Of a DNA stretch of 64,000 bases, positions 63,223 to 64,000 are shown one piece after another (positions within the stretch are counted from its first letter, which is position 1; every line of letters starts with the position of its first letter). The DNA is from Colwellia sp. (GTDB lineage Bacteria; Pseudomonadota; Gammaproteobacteria; Enterobacterales; Alteromonadaceae), in contig JBLIEW010000009.1 in assembly GCA_047633255.1 (NCBI GenBank), forward strand, positions 39,056-103,055, written 5' to 3'. A program made the position numbers and the translations under genes. The notes under the pieces were generated by a model. That model saw nothing but the letters and a program-made list of their open reading frames with translations. It was not told the origin of the DNA and did not search any database.

Positions 63223-64000
63223 TTAAACACAGTATTTAAAGTCACTATCGTCTAATAAAGATAATGAATCTCCAACTATATCGTCAGAATTTAACGCGGC
63301 TAACAACTCAAAACCTTGTTGGCGTTGTGCTTTATTTAAGGCTTTGTAAGGTAAGCGGAAATTAGGTGATACGGCATCCGTCATCATCATCGCAGTATTA
63401 ATGCCGATAGGGTTTGGTTCACAAAACAACCATTGTATTAAGCCTTGCAAGCTATCATTAAGCTCAGTATTTTTATTATCCATTAATTGCCGCATCAAAC
63501 CTGGGACAATATTAGAAGTAACAGAAATAACACCGTGAGAGCCATGTAAATGACGGCCATCATGACATTGATCATCATTACCTGACCAACAAGCAATTCC
63601 TTGCTTTTCATAATGCGCTATACGCTCGTTACCACCACACTCTTTCATACCAATGAAGTTTTTATGTTTAGATAGTGGCTCAATGATATCAGGGGTAAGA
63701 TCTTGACCCGATCTTCCCGGAACATTGTAAATAAATGCAGGGCCAATATCTAATGTACGCGTCAAATGTTCAATAACACCTGCCGTTGATGTTCTCCCAT
63801 AATAAGGGTTAATTTGTAACGTAGCATCCATTCCAGCAGCAAAGCCATTTTCCGTTGCTTTTATCGCTTCACTCGTATTATTGCTACCGGTATTGCCAAT
63901 AATTAGCAACTTGTCACCAAACTTATGTACGCTATGAGCGATTAAAATTAAATGCTCTTCCCATGATAATAAGTGTCCTTCACCGGTAGTGCCACCGACA
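63223..64000 (-). CDS. dapA: 4-hydroxy-tetrahydrodipicolinate synthase, plant-like; 5' end beyond the right edge
   Basis: Frame is open to the edge: GGTTGEGHLLSWEEH, IGNTGSN, INPYYG, IYNVPGR, GMKEC, EPNPIGINTA. Confidence 0.85.
   Translation of the reverse strand, partial: VGGTTGEGHLLSWEEHLILIAHSVHKFGDKLLIIGNTGSNNTSEAIKATENGFAAGMDATLQINPYYGRTSTAGVIEHLTRTLDIGPAFIYNVPGRSGQDLTPDIIEPLSKHKNFIGMKECGGNERIAHYEKQGIACWSGNDDQCHDGRHLHGSHGVISVTSNIVPGLMRQLMDNKNTELNDSLQGLIQWLFCEPNPIGINTAMMMTDAVSPNFRLPYKALNKAQRQQGFELLAALNSDDIVGDSLSLLDDSDFKYCV

Overview
Mostly core chromosome of an AT-rich marine gammaproteobacterium (gene order and proteins suggest Colwelliaceae/Alteromonadales; inference). Left to right: the 5' part of glnE; a seven-gene PspA/IM30 + DUF350 + membrane spermidine-synthase locus ending in a ribbon-helix-helix (RHH) gene; lpp plus an L,D-transpeptidase; CYTH, SH3, glycosyltransferase, TagF-like and wzi genes; leuLABCD with attenuator; an ExeA-GspB fusion; cca; a 2.5-kb accessory hotspot; putA; murA-ibaG-mlaBCDEF; yrbG-kdsDC-lptCAB-rpoN-hpf-ptsN-rapZ-npr-mgtE; pmbA, yjgA, tldD, nit, yhdP, rng, maf, mreDCB; a PEP-CTERM gene; mshPODCA; a PglL-like ligase; and a plant-like dapA cut by the right edge. 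No rRNA, tRNA or CRISPR array was seen. Two unannotated signals stand out. (1) The 22.05-24.6 kb hotspot: a ~22-bp direct repeat brackets two stacks of degenerate ~30-bp palindromes (about ATGTCNGCT-N8-11-AGCNGACRT), a cargo gene whose stop codon lies in such a site, an SDR gene cut at a site-like sequence, and an IS91/ISCR transposase remnant. Together these suggest a cassette-type gene capture system. (2) A palindromic operator TGACATAWTATGTCA occurs three times at the two promoters of the PspA locus, and a tandem-RHH protein encoded in the locus is the candidate repressor. Also noted: a displaced duplicate of the ibaG 3' end, a sigma54 promoter plus enhancer box before the PEP-CTERM gene that sits where mshQ is expected, and head-to-head mshA/PglL-like genes. 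All alignments were done by eye; no database searches were run.
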